The notes beneath the pieces are model-generated. The model was not told the DNA's origin. It searched no databases and saw only the letters and a list, made by a program, of their open reading frames with translations. Shown in pieces: positions 38,614 through 49,614 of a stretch of 64,000 nucleotides of DNA (within the stretch, counting starts at the first letter, position 1; every line of letters begins with the position of its first letter). Location: positions 32,001 through 96,000 of IMG/VR virus record IMGVR_UViG_3300033075_001196. One strand, given 5' to 3'. A program made the translations under genes and the position numbers. Origin of the DNA: a virus (Duplodnaviria; Caudoviricetes).

Positions 38614-39243
38614 TTAAACAGGAGATAAAATATGATTATATTTATGTAAATCAATAGTTTTTACTATTATAACTTCATTTTTATCATTATAAACAAACCA
38701 TTTGTGTTCAGAAGTGCATCTAACCAGTTCTTCATTTTCTAACTGTATTTCCCATATTTCTTTAACACCCTTATTAAAAAACTTAAATGGCTGCCATTCT
38801 ATTTTGTTTGTTTTGATATTATATGATTTAACCAAATCATTAGATTCATCCAATTCTTCAATTGGTATTGCAATTTCAATTCCTGCTCTTAATATGTAAA
38901 CTAATGTGCCTTTTTCTAAACATTCATCTAAGATTGTAATCTTCCATTTCTTAAATCCAACAGTACTAACAAAATTAGTAACCTTTGTCCTAATAGTATC
39001 AACATTATTTTCTGATGATGCATTAATATATAGAAAATCACAATCTAAATGATTTGCTATTAGTTTAGCTGCGGTCGTCTTTCCCGTTCCTGGTTTAGCT
39101 CCGAATAATAATAAATGTGGTATTTCACCCTCATTTAAATAATTCTGCAGCCTTTCTTTGAAATCCTCATTACCCACATATTCAGATAATTTGGATGGGC
39201 GGTATTTTTCAACCCATAAATTGTTTATAATCTTATTGGACAT
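38614..39243 (-). CDS. Clamp loader large subunit, N-terminal half, fused to split intein N-fragment
   Basis: LWVEKYRP, G.PGTGKT, NAS, ILDE|CLEKGT...CTSEHKW; ATG at 39243 preferred. Confidence 0.92.
   Translation of the reverse strand: MSNKIINNLWVEKYRPSKLSEYVGNEDFKERLQNYLNEGEIPHLLLFGAKPGTGKTTAAKLIANHLDCDFLYINASSENNVDTIRTKVTNFVSTVGFKKWKITILDECLEKGTLVYILRAGIEIAIPIEELDESNDLVKSYNIKTNKIEWQPFKFFNKGVKEIWEIQLENEELVRCTSEHKWFVYNDKNEVIIVKTIDLHKYNHILSPV
38617..38922 (-). mobile_element. Split intein N-fragment (102 aa)
   Basis: Block A CL..GT.V and block B T..H, followed by a stop. Confidence 0.9.
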
Positions 39244-39820
39244 CCTTAACAATAACTTTACCTAAATTTTTAAATAATGGATTATCTAAATCCACCGGTT
39301 CCATATGTGATATATCAATATCATTGAATTTTGATATAAGTGATTGCATTATTTGTCCAATTTCATCTTTCTGATTGTCATATAAGAAGGGGGACTCACC
39401 TTGATTACCTCGTGTTATGGTATCATATAAAATTTCCAATTCAGTTTGAACTTCTGCAATTGTCAACACTTCAATTGGTACATAATACACTGGATAAGAT
39501 ATTGATTCCTGTGATGACGCCAATCCAGGATTGATTAATCTATCGGTAATTTTAATTGATTGGTGGTTTCTTTCAAATTTTATTTCAATATCAATCTTAT
39601 CTTCAAATACACATTTGAATCTATTAAGAATATATTCGTTTTTAAATCCATATGAAACTCCTGGTTCAAGTGTGTATGAATTGCCTGGCTTAATTTCGCC
39701 TAATCCATATAAACTAATGGGTTGATGTTGTGCTTGCCATTTAAGATTTTTGTTCTTGGTGTGTAATATTAAATCCTGCAGGAAAGTAACTGTAGTTTGA
39801 ATTAATGTAATATCTCTCAT
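39233..39820 (-). CDS. Hypothetical protein
   Basis: 195-aa ORF. Confidence 0.55.
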   Translation of the reverse strand: MRDITLIQTTVTFLQDLILHTKNKNLKWQAQHQPISLYGLGEIKPGNSYTLEPGVSYGFKNEYILNRFKCVFEDKIDIEIKFERNHQSIKITDRLINPGLASSQESISYPVYYVPIEVLTIAEVQTELEILYDTITRGNQGESPFLYDNQKDEIGQIMQSLISKFNDIDISHMEPVDLDNPLFKNLGKVIVKDVQ

Positions 39821-40881
39821 TTTATTAAATTTATTGTATTTAAAAGAATTTTTAATTGATTAGAATCATAATACTTATCATGTACCTTTTTACATAATAT
39901 AGGTATTTGTTCTGAATAATCCAAATAATTTTCCATATATCCTTTAATTTTATCATGCATAAAATGTCTAGCTTTGATATAATTTAAAAAAGGTGGAATT
40001 AAAATCTTTCTTGGGAATGTGTAATCGTTTCCAAAAAATAACTTATTTACCTTCGTATCAGGTATCAATGGAATACAACCAAACATCAACGCCTCCCAAA
40101 TTGGAAATGGATTAGCTTCCTTTGCACTATGAGATATTACTATTTTTGCTTTTGATAATAATCTGTAATGCTCTATTATAGAATAATTTTTCTCGTAACA
40201 TAATACAAAATCATATTCTGGATATATTTTTCTTAAATTTGTAAACAATCTAATATCATGATCACTATTTGGTCTAGTAATACATACTATTAAATCAGTC
40301 TTTTCAATTTCTTGTTTTTTAGAAAATTCATATAAAGATGAAAATGGATTAGGACATAGTATTGTTTCTCCCCCTTTACTGGCGGCCAGGAACCTATTAT
40401 AATGTTCTAATTGGTGTTCATTATTGACTAAATTATAATCATAACAAGCACTTAAAAACTTTTCAAATTTAAGAGACCAATCATAATACCCTTTATACTT
40501 GCCGTAATACATATTCGATTTAAAATTTAAATATGTATAATATATCCCATCATCCCAGAATCCAATGAACCTCCACTCTAATCCTTTAAGAGTCTTGTAC
40601 TCATTCAATGCCAATACTAATGGGTGCCTGGCATTAGGAAATATGAATATTGCATTATATGGTATATGCTTATTTTGAATTAATTGTCCAGCATTGTTAT
40701 ATAATGATGCAACTGATAGGAAATTATTAAGATATCCATACTTCCAATTTGGATTGGGATGGCCTTTAATTATTTCAACATCATATCCCCAAGATTTAAT
40801 TTCCTGCGGAACAAAATCAGTCCACTGTGAGGTGTATCTGACTCCAGTCACATCATTATCAACAATGAAAACTTTTTTCAT
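39817..40881 (-). CDS. GT-B glycosyltransferase-like protein
   Basis: C-terminal L.KAKIV.S....E......WEAL..GC.P..PD; N-terminal RYT.QW. Confidence 0.65.
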   Translation of the reverse strand: MKKVFIVDNDVTGVRYTSQWTDFVPQEIKSWGYDVEIIKGHPNPNWKYGYLNNFLSVASLYNNAGQLIQNKHIPYNAIFIFPNARHPLVLALNEYKTLKGLEWRFIGFWDDGIYYTYLNFKSNMYYGKYKGYYDWSLKFEKFLSACYDYNLVNNEHQLEHYNRFLAASKGGETILCPNPFSSLYEFSKKQEIEKTDLIVCITRPNSDHDIRLFTNLRKIYPEYDFVLCYEKNYSIIEHYRLLSKAKIVISHSAKEANPFPIWEALMFGCIPLIPDTKVNKLFFGNDYTFPRKILIPPFLNYIKARHFMHDKIKGYMENYLDYSEQIPILCKKVHDKYYDSNQLKILLNTINLIK

Positions 40882-41132
40882 TAAGCTGGCCTTCTACCAC
40901 TTGTTACTGACGGTTCGATAATTTTAATAATCTTTGTAGCCGTAACTGAATGAATTGCCCAATCTCCCGGATACCCCTCATATTCAGCATAGATTTGTTT
41001 TTCTACATCAGTTACATTTACAGCATTGACTAAAAATTGTTCTACCATCTTTTTAATTTTACCACTTCTTTCATCCTCTATTTTCTTTTCGACCTTCACG
41101 AGGAAATAGGTCATTTCTGCTAAATCTGCCAT
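40881..41132 (-). CDS. DUF4494-like protein
   Basis: F.VKV......GK.KK..E.FLV.A...T..E pattern recalled from Bacteroidota DUF4494. Confidence 0.6.
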   Translation of the reverse strand: MADLAEMTYFLVKVEKKIEDERSGKIKKMVEQFLVNAVNVTDVEKQIYAEYEGYPGDWAIHSVTATKIIKIIEPSVTSGRRPA

Positions 41133-41582
41133 TTTTAATTGTTTTTATTTTCTATGACTGTAATATTTTTTATTAAATGATTTATTTTGGATTGAAATTT
41201 ATTACATTCCTTTTTGGTATTCGCATATAACGTGAAGGATGTGCGTTGATAATCAAATGGAAGAAACCAATAATCTTCTCCTAATGGTTGGTTTAATTCT
41301 ACAATAATTGTATACTTAAATTTTAATACTTTTTTCATTCGGGAATATTAATACTGTTAATATATTCTACATGAGATGTTTGTTCAATTCTGGTTGGTGT
41401 TAGTCCTGATAGTGAAAATCCATGTGATTCAAACTTAAATAGTTTTTTAAGATCATCAAATGACATATCTCGAATGATTCGTTCCGCATTTCTTCGGCAT
41501 GCAAACTCTTCAATTGATATTCCATAATAATCTTCCAGGCCTGAAATTTTATCTGATTCAATTCTTATTTGAGATCTGTATT

Positions 41583-42143
41583 TCATATAGAATAAGTTGC
41601 ACTAGTTTTCGGAGTTTCCTTGAATTCAACTGAGGTTACATTTGTTATATTTTTTAATTTATTCGCAATTATATCAAAAAACCATTTAGAGAGGTTTTCA
41701 GAAGTTGGAATAAAATTTACAAATATCAATCCTTGATATATTTCTTGTTTAAATAATTCTAATTTAGAATATAATTCAGGTTTAACAATCCAATAATCTT
41801 CTGCAAATTGTAATAAATATTCATTTCTATTTTCAGCATTCATTCCTTCTAAAATCGGATAAAAATAAGAACAAACTTCTGGATCATTGATATCCAAAAT
41901 ACATTTGTGATCAATAGTGTTGTCAATAAACTGTTTAAAAAATGATAGATTTTTAAAATCTATAATCATTCCTTGTTCATTTAATCCAGTGTCTTCCAAT
42001 TCAATATTTATAACTCCATTATGACCATGTCTGAACCTGCAAGAGCAAACATTATCAATACTTAATCCAGGAATTAGAATTTGGCTGTGAACCCTATGCG
42101 AATAGGAAAATTCAAAACTTTTAGCAATAGTCCATTTGCTCAT
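41583..42143 (-). CDS. queD: 6-carboxytetrahydropterin synthase
   Basis: F.YSHR, C...HGH, GMIIDF, DH, PTSEN, ET. Confidence 0.9.
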   Translation of the reverse strand: MSKWTIAKSFEFSYSHRVHSQILIPGLSIDNVCSCRFRHGHNGVINIELEDTGLNEQGMIIDFKNLSFFKQFIDNTIDHKCILDINDPEVCSYFYPILEGMNAENRNEYLLQFAEDYWIVKPELYSKLELFKQEIYQGLIFVNFIPTSENLSKWFFDIIANKLKNITNVTSVEFKETPKTSATYSI

Positions 42144-43038
42144 ATTTTAAAATTTGTTTATATTTATAACTATTATAATCTAATTTAATTGATTCGAAAT
42201 AATTTGGAAAAACCATACTATTTAAATATAATATATTTTTAAGAAATTTGATAGTTCTGATTGTTTTATCCAAATCTTGAATACTTCCTACTAGAACATT
42301 ACAATTACAACATTCATATATCTCCGAATCCAAATATATATTGTTGTTATAAGTTAATATCAGGATAGGATTGATTGTACTTTGTCTCAAAACTTTCATC
42401 TTTTCAATGAATGTCTTCTTCCATTCAGGACTAGCAAATCCAGAAATTTCAACAATTATATTATCGTATATAACAAAATCTACTATTTTTCTTTTACCAT
42501 CAATTAAATTGACTATAACTTCATTAATATATGGTATATTATTTTTAATACAATATTCTGAAAATGATACTTCTAATTTTGATCTAAATCTTTGTCCGAT
42601 ACTATTTAAACATTTCAAAGTACTAAAATTTTTAGATCTTAAACACGTGAAATTTGGATTTTCTAAGTCCTTTTTAAATCCACAACCAGGAGTTTTAGTT
42701 CCATATATTTCTATATATGTTTTACCCCGATTATTATGGTTTACCCAATATGGATTTTTATCTATCATCATTCTAGATCGCATGAACTTTTTTTCACAAC
42801 CACAAGGACATTGTGTTAATATTTTTTCATTACATGTGTAACAGGTTTTAGATTTATATTCTTTAGCAAAATATTGATTATTACAATGTTCACATACTTT
42901 ATTATAAGATCTATTTATATCTTTTCTTAAATGTATTGGTGTAGATATTTTTTTACACTTAAGGCATTTTTTATGTGTTGGGCAATTAATAATAAACAAA
43001 TCATTGCAAATTATACAATGTTTCTCCTGTTTAATCAT
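42121..43038 (-). CDS. Free-standing homing-type endonuclease
   Basis: CxxC repeats, CPCGC, GKTY.EIYG, FRSKLE, VDF, VEI.G. Confidence 0.7.
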   Translation of the reverse strand: MIKQEKHCIICNDLFIINCPTHKKCLKCKKISTPIHLRKDINRSYNKVCEHCNNQYFAKEYKSKTCYTCNEKILTQCPCGCEKKFMRSRMMIDKNPYWVNHNNRGKTYIEIYGTKTPGCGFKKDLENPNFTCLRSKNFSTLKCLNSIGQRFRSKLEVSFSEYCIKNNIPYINEVIVNLIDGKRKIVDFVIYDNIIVEISGFASPEWKKTFIEKMKVLRQSTINPILILTYNNNIYLDSEIYECCNCNVLVGSIQDLDKTIRTIKFLKNILYLNSMVFPNYFESIKLDYNSYKYKQILKYEQMDYC

Positions 43039-43391
43039 TATAATTATGAAAAATTTATTTGATTATAAAATCTTGGATAATCTTCAGCTACAGTCAATCC
43101 CTCCAATGGAATTTTTTTGAGTCCAGTACATTTGGCTACTGTCTCTCCTTGATATATGTCCATTACGTCTTCAATTACTGCACAATTTGCTTCTTGTCCT
43201 GATTCAGATAAGAATATATAAAATTCTCCATCTTTATTAGTGACTACATCTCCTCTTTTCATTTCTTATAAGTTTAAATTTAAATAAAATATAATGAATA
43301 TATGATCCTATTATAGTTGACCCAAATATTAATGTAAAGATATTTGGATGTCCTTCTCCACACAATCCCAATGAATGTTTAATTATTTCTA

Positions 43392-43922
43392 TCATTCCTT
43401 TATTTTTTCCACTTCGAAAATATAATTTAAATTTCTTGATGTGTCTTCTAAATCGTCCATCCCATATCCAGCTATCCACTCATTATTTATTTCAAATCCA
43501 TTAATATAATGAATAGATGGATCCAATGCTGGGCTATCCTTTCTCTTGATTAATGTAATTACAGTTATAGATTTGGGAGAGTATTCCTTAAATTTATTGA
43601 TGATAAAATTAATCGTGTTTCCAGTATCCAATATATCATCGACTAATATAATATCCTTTCCTACTATAGGATATTTCGGGAATTTATGCACTCTCATTTG
43701 AGTTTGTCTCATTCCTTCATATGAAGACACTTTAATGAAATCACATTTAATTGGAGTACCAATACATTTAACTAAATCCGCATAAAATCTAAATGCCCCA
43801 TCTAACATACAAAATACCGTCGGAATTTGCATACTATTTTTGTTAATATGATCAGATAGTTTAACCCCCAGTTGGGTTGTCATATTACTAATTTCTTGTG
43901 CTGATAGTAAGATCTTCTTCAT
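43392..43922 (-). CDS. hpt: Hypoxanthine/guanine phosphoribosyltransferase
   Basis: SSY, ILVDDILDTGNT PRPP loop, GYGMD, RNL. Confidence 0.9.
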   Translation of the reverse strand: MKKILLSAQEISNMTTQLGVKLSDHINKNSMQIPTVFCMLDGAFRFYADLVKCIGTPIKCDFIKVSSYEGMRQTQMRVHKFPKYPIVGKDIILVDDILDTGNTINFIINKFKEYSPKSITVITLIKRKDSPALDPSIHYINGFEINNEWIAGYGMDDLEDTSRNLNYIFEVEKIKE

Positions 43923-44098
43923 ATCCTTTTTCTATTAAAATGTTTCTAAATGCGGCTTCATAATATGTTGGAATATCAAATGATTCTCCTTGTTCATTTT
44001 TAAAAATTTCAATTGAAATTTTAGCTCTTTCAATAACTTCTGTAGTTAAGAAATATGAACTAGCTTCTTGTAAAATTTCTTCTATTCTATTTATCATA

Positions 44099-44797
44099 TT
44101 AAGATTCTGACATTACTAGATAATATTTTGAAGCAATATCTTCTGCTTGGAATTGGCATATTAATATGCCGGCAGCGGATACCATTATCTTTCCAGATGT
44201 ACAATCTTTATTTGCTGATAATATTTCCTTCAACATATCTGCATTAAATAATAAAATTCCATCAATTGAATATTCAACTTCAGTGGGAATTGTTATTCTA
44301 TCTGTATTATGTGTTGCATAATTAATTATGATATCTACTTTACCATCTGCATTTGTTTGGAATGCAAAATTAGTAGATTCTTCAATTGCTCCTTTAGCCT
44401 TTAAATACTTATCAATGAAAATTGAATTTATTGCAAATTCAAAATCAGGATCAGGAATTTCTTGTGTAGTTGGGGGATCTGGAATTATTTCAAGTTTAGC
44501 CAGCATAAATTTGGCACTGATAGACTCGTCCTTAAAATTTATAGACTCGTCTGTAGTTGTGATATCTACTTCATTTTGAAGTGCTCCCAACATTTTGACA
44601 ATGCCTTTGGTATTATAAATACCAAATTGGCCTTCTGGAAAATTTATTCCTTTTACTGCAACCATTCCCAAAGTTGATTTGTCCTCAGTTACAAAATTAG
44701 TAATTAGGCCACGATTCTTTGAATTCCATTTTACGGTATTACATAAGCCATTCAAAGAATATTTGCTTATGAAATTTAATAGTTTTGCTTTCTCCAT
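44099..44797 (-). CDS. Sliding clamp (T4 gp45-like)
   Basis: FGIY motif, size, C-terminal Y.LV; adjacent to PolB. Confidence 0.75.
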   Translation of the reverse strand: MEKAKLLNFISKYSLNGLCNTVKWNSKNRGLITNFVTEDKSTLGMVAVKGINFPEGQFGIYNTKGIVKMLGALQNEVDITTTDESINFKDESISAKFMLAKLEIIPDPPTTQEIPDPDFEFAINSIFIDKYLKAKGAIEESTNFAFQTNADGKVDIIINYATHNTDRITIPTEVEYSIDGILLFNADMLKEILSANKDCTSGKIMVSAAGILICQFQAEDIASKYYLVMSES

Positions 44798-47385
44798 TAT
44801 TTAAATTTAAAAAATTTGTTTGTATTTTCATTTGTTATAATTGCCCCCCAATTTAATGCATCCCAGAATGATTGCAATTTACTTTTTAATGTATTTTCAA
44901 ATAAATCATTCCTATCAATATATTCAGTAACAAAATTTAATATTTCTTTAGGATCATCATTTCCTGTTAGTGCCATGGTTTCGAATCCAAACTGGTTTTT
45001 ATTAACATAACACCAAAGAATTTTATCACCATCATTAATTTTAGGAATGTTTGTAATGTTAAACATATCTAATAACCTATTATAATTCATTGCCGCTTTA
45101 ACATGTACTGGAGTTCCTTTTATATGTTTGCCTTCAGTCTTCCACTTTTGGATATCTTTAACACCGGTTGGTAACATTATGTCATTAATATAAGTATTTT
45201 TTATAGTATAACCAAATTGTTGGACCTTTTTATTTAATAAAGTTTTATCTTTATCATGTAAGATATCAGTTAAGATCCCTTTCATAAATTCTCTAAATGC
45301 TTTTGGAAAGTTTGATCTAACTACATCTATTCCTTTAACATCTATTTTATCAACTGGATATCCTTCTTTATTAACCATCCATTGAGCATATCTCTTCTTT
45401 GAATCTAACCACAAAGCTCTTTTAGAAACATATTCTTGTTTAATATTCCACATATGCTCCTTAACATTATGAAATTTATCTGCATATGAATCGTATGATT
45501 TATTAATAAATGATTGCACTTCCGTTGCTACATCCAATGTATATTTAATAATTTCCTCATCTGTTAGTAAATCTATACTTCCATATCTATGTTCTATAAT
45601 AGGAACAGCTGAATAAAATAGACTATCTGTGTCAACATATATACATAATGAATCATGTGTTCCTAAAATTTGGGCATATTTTAAATTGGCAGCCTTCTCC
45701 GAAAAATTAATTACTGTTTGTCCAGTTAATGTAACTGCTTCTCCATTATCTTTGTCATGAAATCTAAATGTTTTCAATAATAAAACTCCATAAAAGGAAT
45801 TTAATAAAATTTTAGTAACTAATTGCTTTTTATCATATAATGCTGCTAGATTTTTATCTCCAGATTCAGTATATTCTCTTTTAAGTTTATTAAACTCCTT
45901 TCTTTCTGCAAACCATCTTTTCAATATTGATGGGATCAATCCAACTTTATCTAAACTATATAGTATACCGTTGCTTGATATTGATAAATTGTTTTTCTTT
46001 AAATATGTTCTCAATTCAATTGAGTGTGTAAACCTCAATTTATTTGTTTTAAATCCTTCCTCGGAAAACTTTCCAGCATTGGATTTTTCTTTAATCAATT
46101 CTACATTATATACTATATCTTTATTCGCCGCGAATTTTAGTGGATCATAATTTAGAACACGACCAAATTTAGTCTCAGGAGAAATATTGAGAGATATGAT
46201 ATTTGATGGGTACAGCGATGTTAAATCGATATCATACACCCATTTATATAATCCCGGTTTAGGATCTTTAACAAATGCCCCTTCTGCTTTTTCATCATCA
46301 TCTGATTCGTGTGGCTTTTGTGATGACGCAACTAAATTATTTCTCTTACAAAATGTTAATGATGCACCTTCAAGGTATTTAGATGGGAATATAAAATCTT
46401 CATATGCCACATGACCTTTATGACATATACCTCTAGCAATATCAATTAAATCTAATTTTTCATTTAATGACACTATCAATTCAACGTCAACAATATTATA
46501 TTCTGCAAACTTCTTAATATCTGTATTATATAATTTATCTAGATCACCATCATATTCAATTTTACCTCTTTTTAATTCTTCCTTTGCTATAGTATCTAGC
46601 TTATAATTGGGAGATTCTGAATATGTGAAATTTTTATATAATGACAAATAATCTAATATAGATACTCCAGCTATTACTACCTTTAATTGATTGAAGTCAC
46701 CTGCAGGTCTTGTTTTGCAAATTTTTATTGGACTTAATCCTTTGGCCCAATCCTTTCCTAAAACTTTACTAATTCTATTATAAAGGTATGGCATATCAAA
46801 AAATTCAACATTCCATCCAGTAATGACATCTGGCTTAATTAAATTATATTCTCTTAAAAAGACTTTTAATAAATCAAATTCAGATTTAAAAGTAAAATAT
46901 TTTGCCTTTACTGTTTTTGTTTCATCATTAGGCAATTTAATTATGACATCATCATCATATTCTGATGGTGGTCTGTTTTTATCTAATAATAAACAATAAT
47001 ATAAATTTTCTTTATATGAATAATAAGATATTGCAGTAATAGTATTACCTGCCTCTTCTGTAGTTGAATAAGATCCTTCTTTAGCTACCTCAATGTCTAA
47101 TGGCAAAATTACTAGTCCAGTTGATATGTCATCAGAATCTGGATATAAATCAATTAATGTTCTTGTTACTGCAGGAACATCATGCTCATAAATCATTCCT
47201 AGTTTTTCTGCGGTTTCTGGCCAATCAGTAACTTTCTTAACATTTTGGCCATCCATAGTTATATGATCACCTTTTAGATCTACTTGATATGCATATGGTT
47301 GATATTTGAATTTAGAATATCCTTCAATAGAATCCCACAAATGAATATCATTATTCCAAGAATCAAAATATATATTTTTATACAT
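44797..47385 (-). CDS. Family B DNA polymerase
   Basis: Exo DIE, GWN..FFD, YNIVD; Pol DLTSLYPS, K...NSFYG, YVDTDS, KKRY. Confidence 0.97.
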   Translation of the reverse strand: MYKNIYFDSWNNDIHLWDSIEGYSKFKYQPYAYQVDLKGDHITMDGQNVKKVTDWPETAEKLGMIYEHDVPAVTRTLIDLYPDSDDISTGLVILPLDIEVAKEGSYSTTEEAGNTITAISYYSYKENLYYCLLLDKNRPPSEYDDDVIIKLPNDETKTVKAKYFTFKSEFDLLKVFLREYNLIKPDVITGWNVEFFDMPYLYNRISKVLGKDWAKGLSPIKICKTRPAGDFNQLKVVIAGVSILDYLSLYKNFTYSESPNYKLDTIAKEELKRGKIEYDGDLDKLYNTDIKKFAEYNIVDVELIVSLNEKLDLIDIARGICHKGHVAYEDFIFPSKYLEGASLTFCKRNNLVASSQKPHESDDDEKAEGAFVKDPKPGLYKWVYDIDLTSLYPSNIISLNISPETKFGRVLNYDPLKFAANKDIVYNVELIKEKSNAGKFSEEGFKTNKLRFTHSIELRTYLKKNNLSISSNGILYSLDKVGLIPSILKRWFAERKEFNKLKREYTESGDKNLAALYDKKQLVTKILLNSFYGVLLLKTFRFHDKDNGEAVTLTGQTVINFSEKAANLKYAQILGTHDSLCIYVDTDSLFYSAVPIIEHRYGSIDLLTDEEIIKYTLDVATEVQSFINKSYDSYADKFHNVKEHMWNIKQEYVSKRALWLDSKKRYAQWMVNKEGYPVDKIDVKGIDVVRSNFPKAFREFMKGILTDILHDKDKTLLNKKVQQFGYTIKNTYINDIMLPTGVKDIQKWKTEGKHIKGTPVHVKAAMNYNRLLDMFNITNIPKINDGDKILWCYVNKNQFGFETMALTGNDDPKEILNFVTEYIDRNDLFENTLKSKLQSFWDALNWGAIITNENTNKFFKFK

Positions 47386-48076
47386 TATTTATTTTTATAC
47401 ATTTTAAACTATTCTGATGTCTTTTGATTACATTTTTATGGAATGGTTTACCACAATTCTCACAAGATATTTTAGGCCTTTCAAAATATTTCAATCTAAT
47501 CACATTATTAATTTCAGAATATTTTTCTTCCCATTTATCTCCGTATTTTTCTTGTAATGTTTGTTTCCAAGGTTTATATACTCTATTAATATTTTTTCTT
47601 TTAGGCAATGCTTTTCTTTTTTGCTTAAGTTCTTCTTTCATTCTATTTGCTTCTATTAATCCATATTTTAATATCCATCTTTTATAATATCCCATACCTT
47701 TATTGGGATTCAAATCACCAATACATTTATTTGATATTTTCTTTCCGATTTCTAAAATATTTGGATTTCTAGTCAATGTATCTCCACCGCAGCCGCCTTC
47801 AGTAATATTACATAAATTAGCCAATCCTATAGATAATATTAATTCCCGTTCCTTTTTAAATGATTCTTGTTCAGTTAAATCAAAATATGTAATTTCAGGT
47901 ATAAACCCATTTGATTTTTTGACAATTCTAGACCACCAAACATTTCTAGATTCATCACTGAAAGCTCTATTACCAGTACCCTTTCCTACATAAAAAATGG
48001 TATTATCAGTTTTTCGTTTATGGACATACACATAAAATATTCTTTGAATTTTTTTATCTTCTAATGTACTGGACAT
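47378..48076 (-). CDS. GIY-YIG (Seg-like) homing endonuclease
   Basis: YVY.H......FYVGKG...R, E...I, N...GG.GG. Confidence 0.85.
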   Translation of the reverse strand: MSSTLEDKKIQRIFYVYVHKRKTDNTIFYVGKGTGNRAFSDESRNVWWSRIVKKSNGFIPEITYFDLTEQESFKKERELILSIGLANLCNITEGGCGGDTLTRNPNILEIGKKISNKCIGDLNPNKGMGYYKRWILKYGLIEANRMKEELKQKRKALPKRKNINRVYKPWKQTLQEKYGDKWEEKYSEINNVIRLKYFERPKISCENCGKPFHKNVIKRHQNSLKCIKINNV

Positions 48077-48381
48077 TTTTATTTAGTTTAGATGGACTAG
48101 GAGGTGCATATGTAGCCTCTGAGCCAATATACGAAATCTCTTGGTGTCATACTATTTAAATTTTTTATTTAATTTAATGAATGTGGTGATGGAGCTGTAC
48201 CTAACGTCTTACACAATATATCATGCAATGAACTTGGAGTTAAATTTGTTATAACATCCCGACTTGAATCATTAAGTACAATACATATATATCCATATCC
48301 AGCTGGAATGATTTCCGGTAAGGTAGTTGATATCTTTTCTGTTACTTTACGGTTTATTTTACTCATTTTTCGTGTATTGAA

Positions 48382-49614
48382 TTATTTAAAAAATTCATGT
48401 TTAATAACAGTTTTACCAGTGTCCATAGTGGATAATTTTATAAAATGTGCCTTATATTTATCAAAAACTTTTTGTGGAGTTGTCCCATTTTCATATGCCT
48501 TAACCATTTCATCAACTGCTCTCAACAATAAAAATGTATCTGAGTTAGTTACTTGCTCTAAGAAATATGGGTGACCTTCAACATATGAATTTATTTTATG
48601 CATCACATCTTTAAAGAACATAAAATTATGTAATACTACTGCGGCATATCCTTCTATAGTCCAATCTCTTAAATCTTCATATGTATATCCCCCAATTAAT
48701 AAATCGTCAAACGGAATTAAGTTAGGTAATAATGATTCTGAACCTTGTAATGTACTATCAGTGTGTTTTGAAACTTCCTTATTATTTGTTGCACGTTCTT
48801 TAGGAATATGTAATGATCCAAATGATGCGTTCTTAAAATTAACGTCATGATAATATAAACCATATACCACAGACCTACTTGGTGTTGATGAATCCGTCAA
48901 TACTCTCATTTCGGATCCGACATCATTCAAAGATTTTTGAAGTTGGCTTAGTAAGAAAAAATCAATCACTTTAGAAGTTCCTAAAATATGAATATATTTT
49001 CTATTTTTATTGTTTTGCTCCTTTCCCTGCAATAATGGTAATATAGATGAAAAGAATCTATATATACTTATACCGGCACCTCCTACTCCCCAGCCATCAA
49101 AATCATATTGTTTAACATTATCATACCATTTTTGGTATGTTATTTCATCATTACCTTGAATGACATTCAATAATTGAGTTTGTCCCTTTCTATTTTTTAA
49201 AAAATATTCAAAATTAGTTTTGCTTAATTCCAAACATTCATTGAATTTGCCATCATAAACCATTTTTGGTGGAATATCTAAATTCATAGCGATATTAGAA
49301 TTATTTTCTAACCAGTCTAGGATTAAAGGTCTCAATTTATCTTCCCATTTTATGGCGCCTGATGCTATTTGGAATCCTCCAGAATCACCCATAGTTAATA
49401 TCCCAGGTTGTTTCAATCCCCATTCTTCTGAAATATTTGGTTTTTTATAAAAATGACCACCAGTCATCAAAAAATATGGATGTCTAAATAATTTAGGAAA
49501 ATCTTCAGCATAAAATTTTATATTCAAATCATTGCGTAATCGCTTATTTTTTGCCATTGCTGAGCCAACATTACCCACAGAAAATGATGGAAAATATATA
49601 AAATGTCTATTCAT
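48382..49614 (-). CDS. DpdA-like DNA deazaguanine transglycosylase (TGT fold)
   Basis: DSGGFQ, LD.PP, NVIQG, HILG, DSS, HN; in a que gene cluster. Confidence 0.8.
   Translation of the reverse strand: MNRHFIYFPSFSVGNVGSAMAKNKRLRNDLNIKFYAEDFPKLFRHPYFLMTGGHFYKKPNISEEWGLKQPGILTMGDSGGFQIASGAIKWEDKLRPLILDWLENNSNIAMNLDIPPKMVYDGKFNECLELSKTNFEYFLKNRKGQTQLLNVIQGNDEITYQKWYDNVKQYDFDGWGVGGAGISIYRFFSSILPLLQGKEQNNKNRKYIHILGTSKVIDFFLLSQLQKSLNDVGSEMRVLTDSSTPSRSVVYGLYYHDVNFKNASFGSLHIPKERATNNKEVSKHTDSTLQGSESLLPNLIPFDDLLIGGYTYEDLRDWTIEGYAAVVLHNFMFFKDVMHKINSYVEGHPYFLEQVTNSDTFLLLRAVDEMVKAYENGTTPQKVFDKYKAHFIKLSTMDTGKTVIKHEFFK

Noticed and set aside
43237-43479. 80-aa ORF as annotated
   Set aside because: The first ~29 codons overlap hpt; a real gene would probably start at the ATG near 43395
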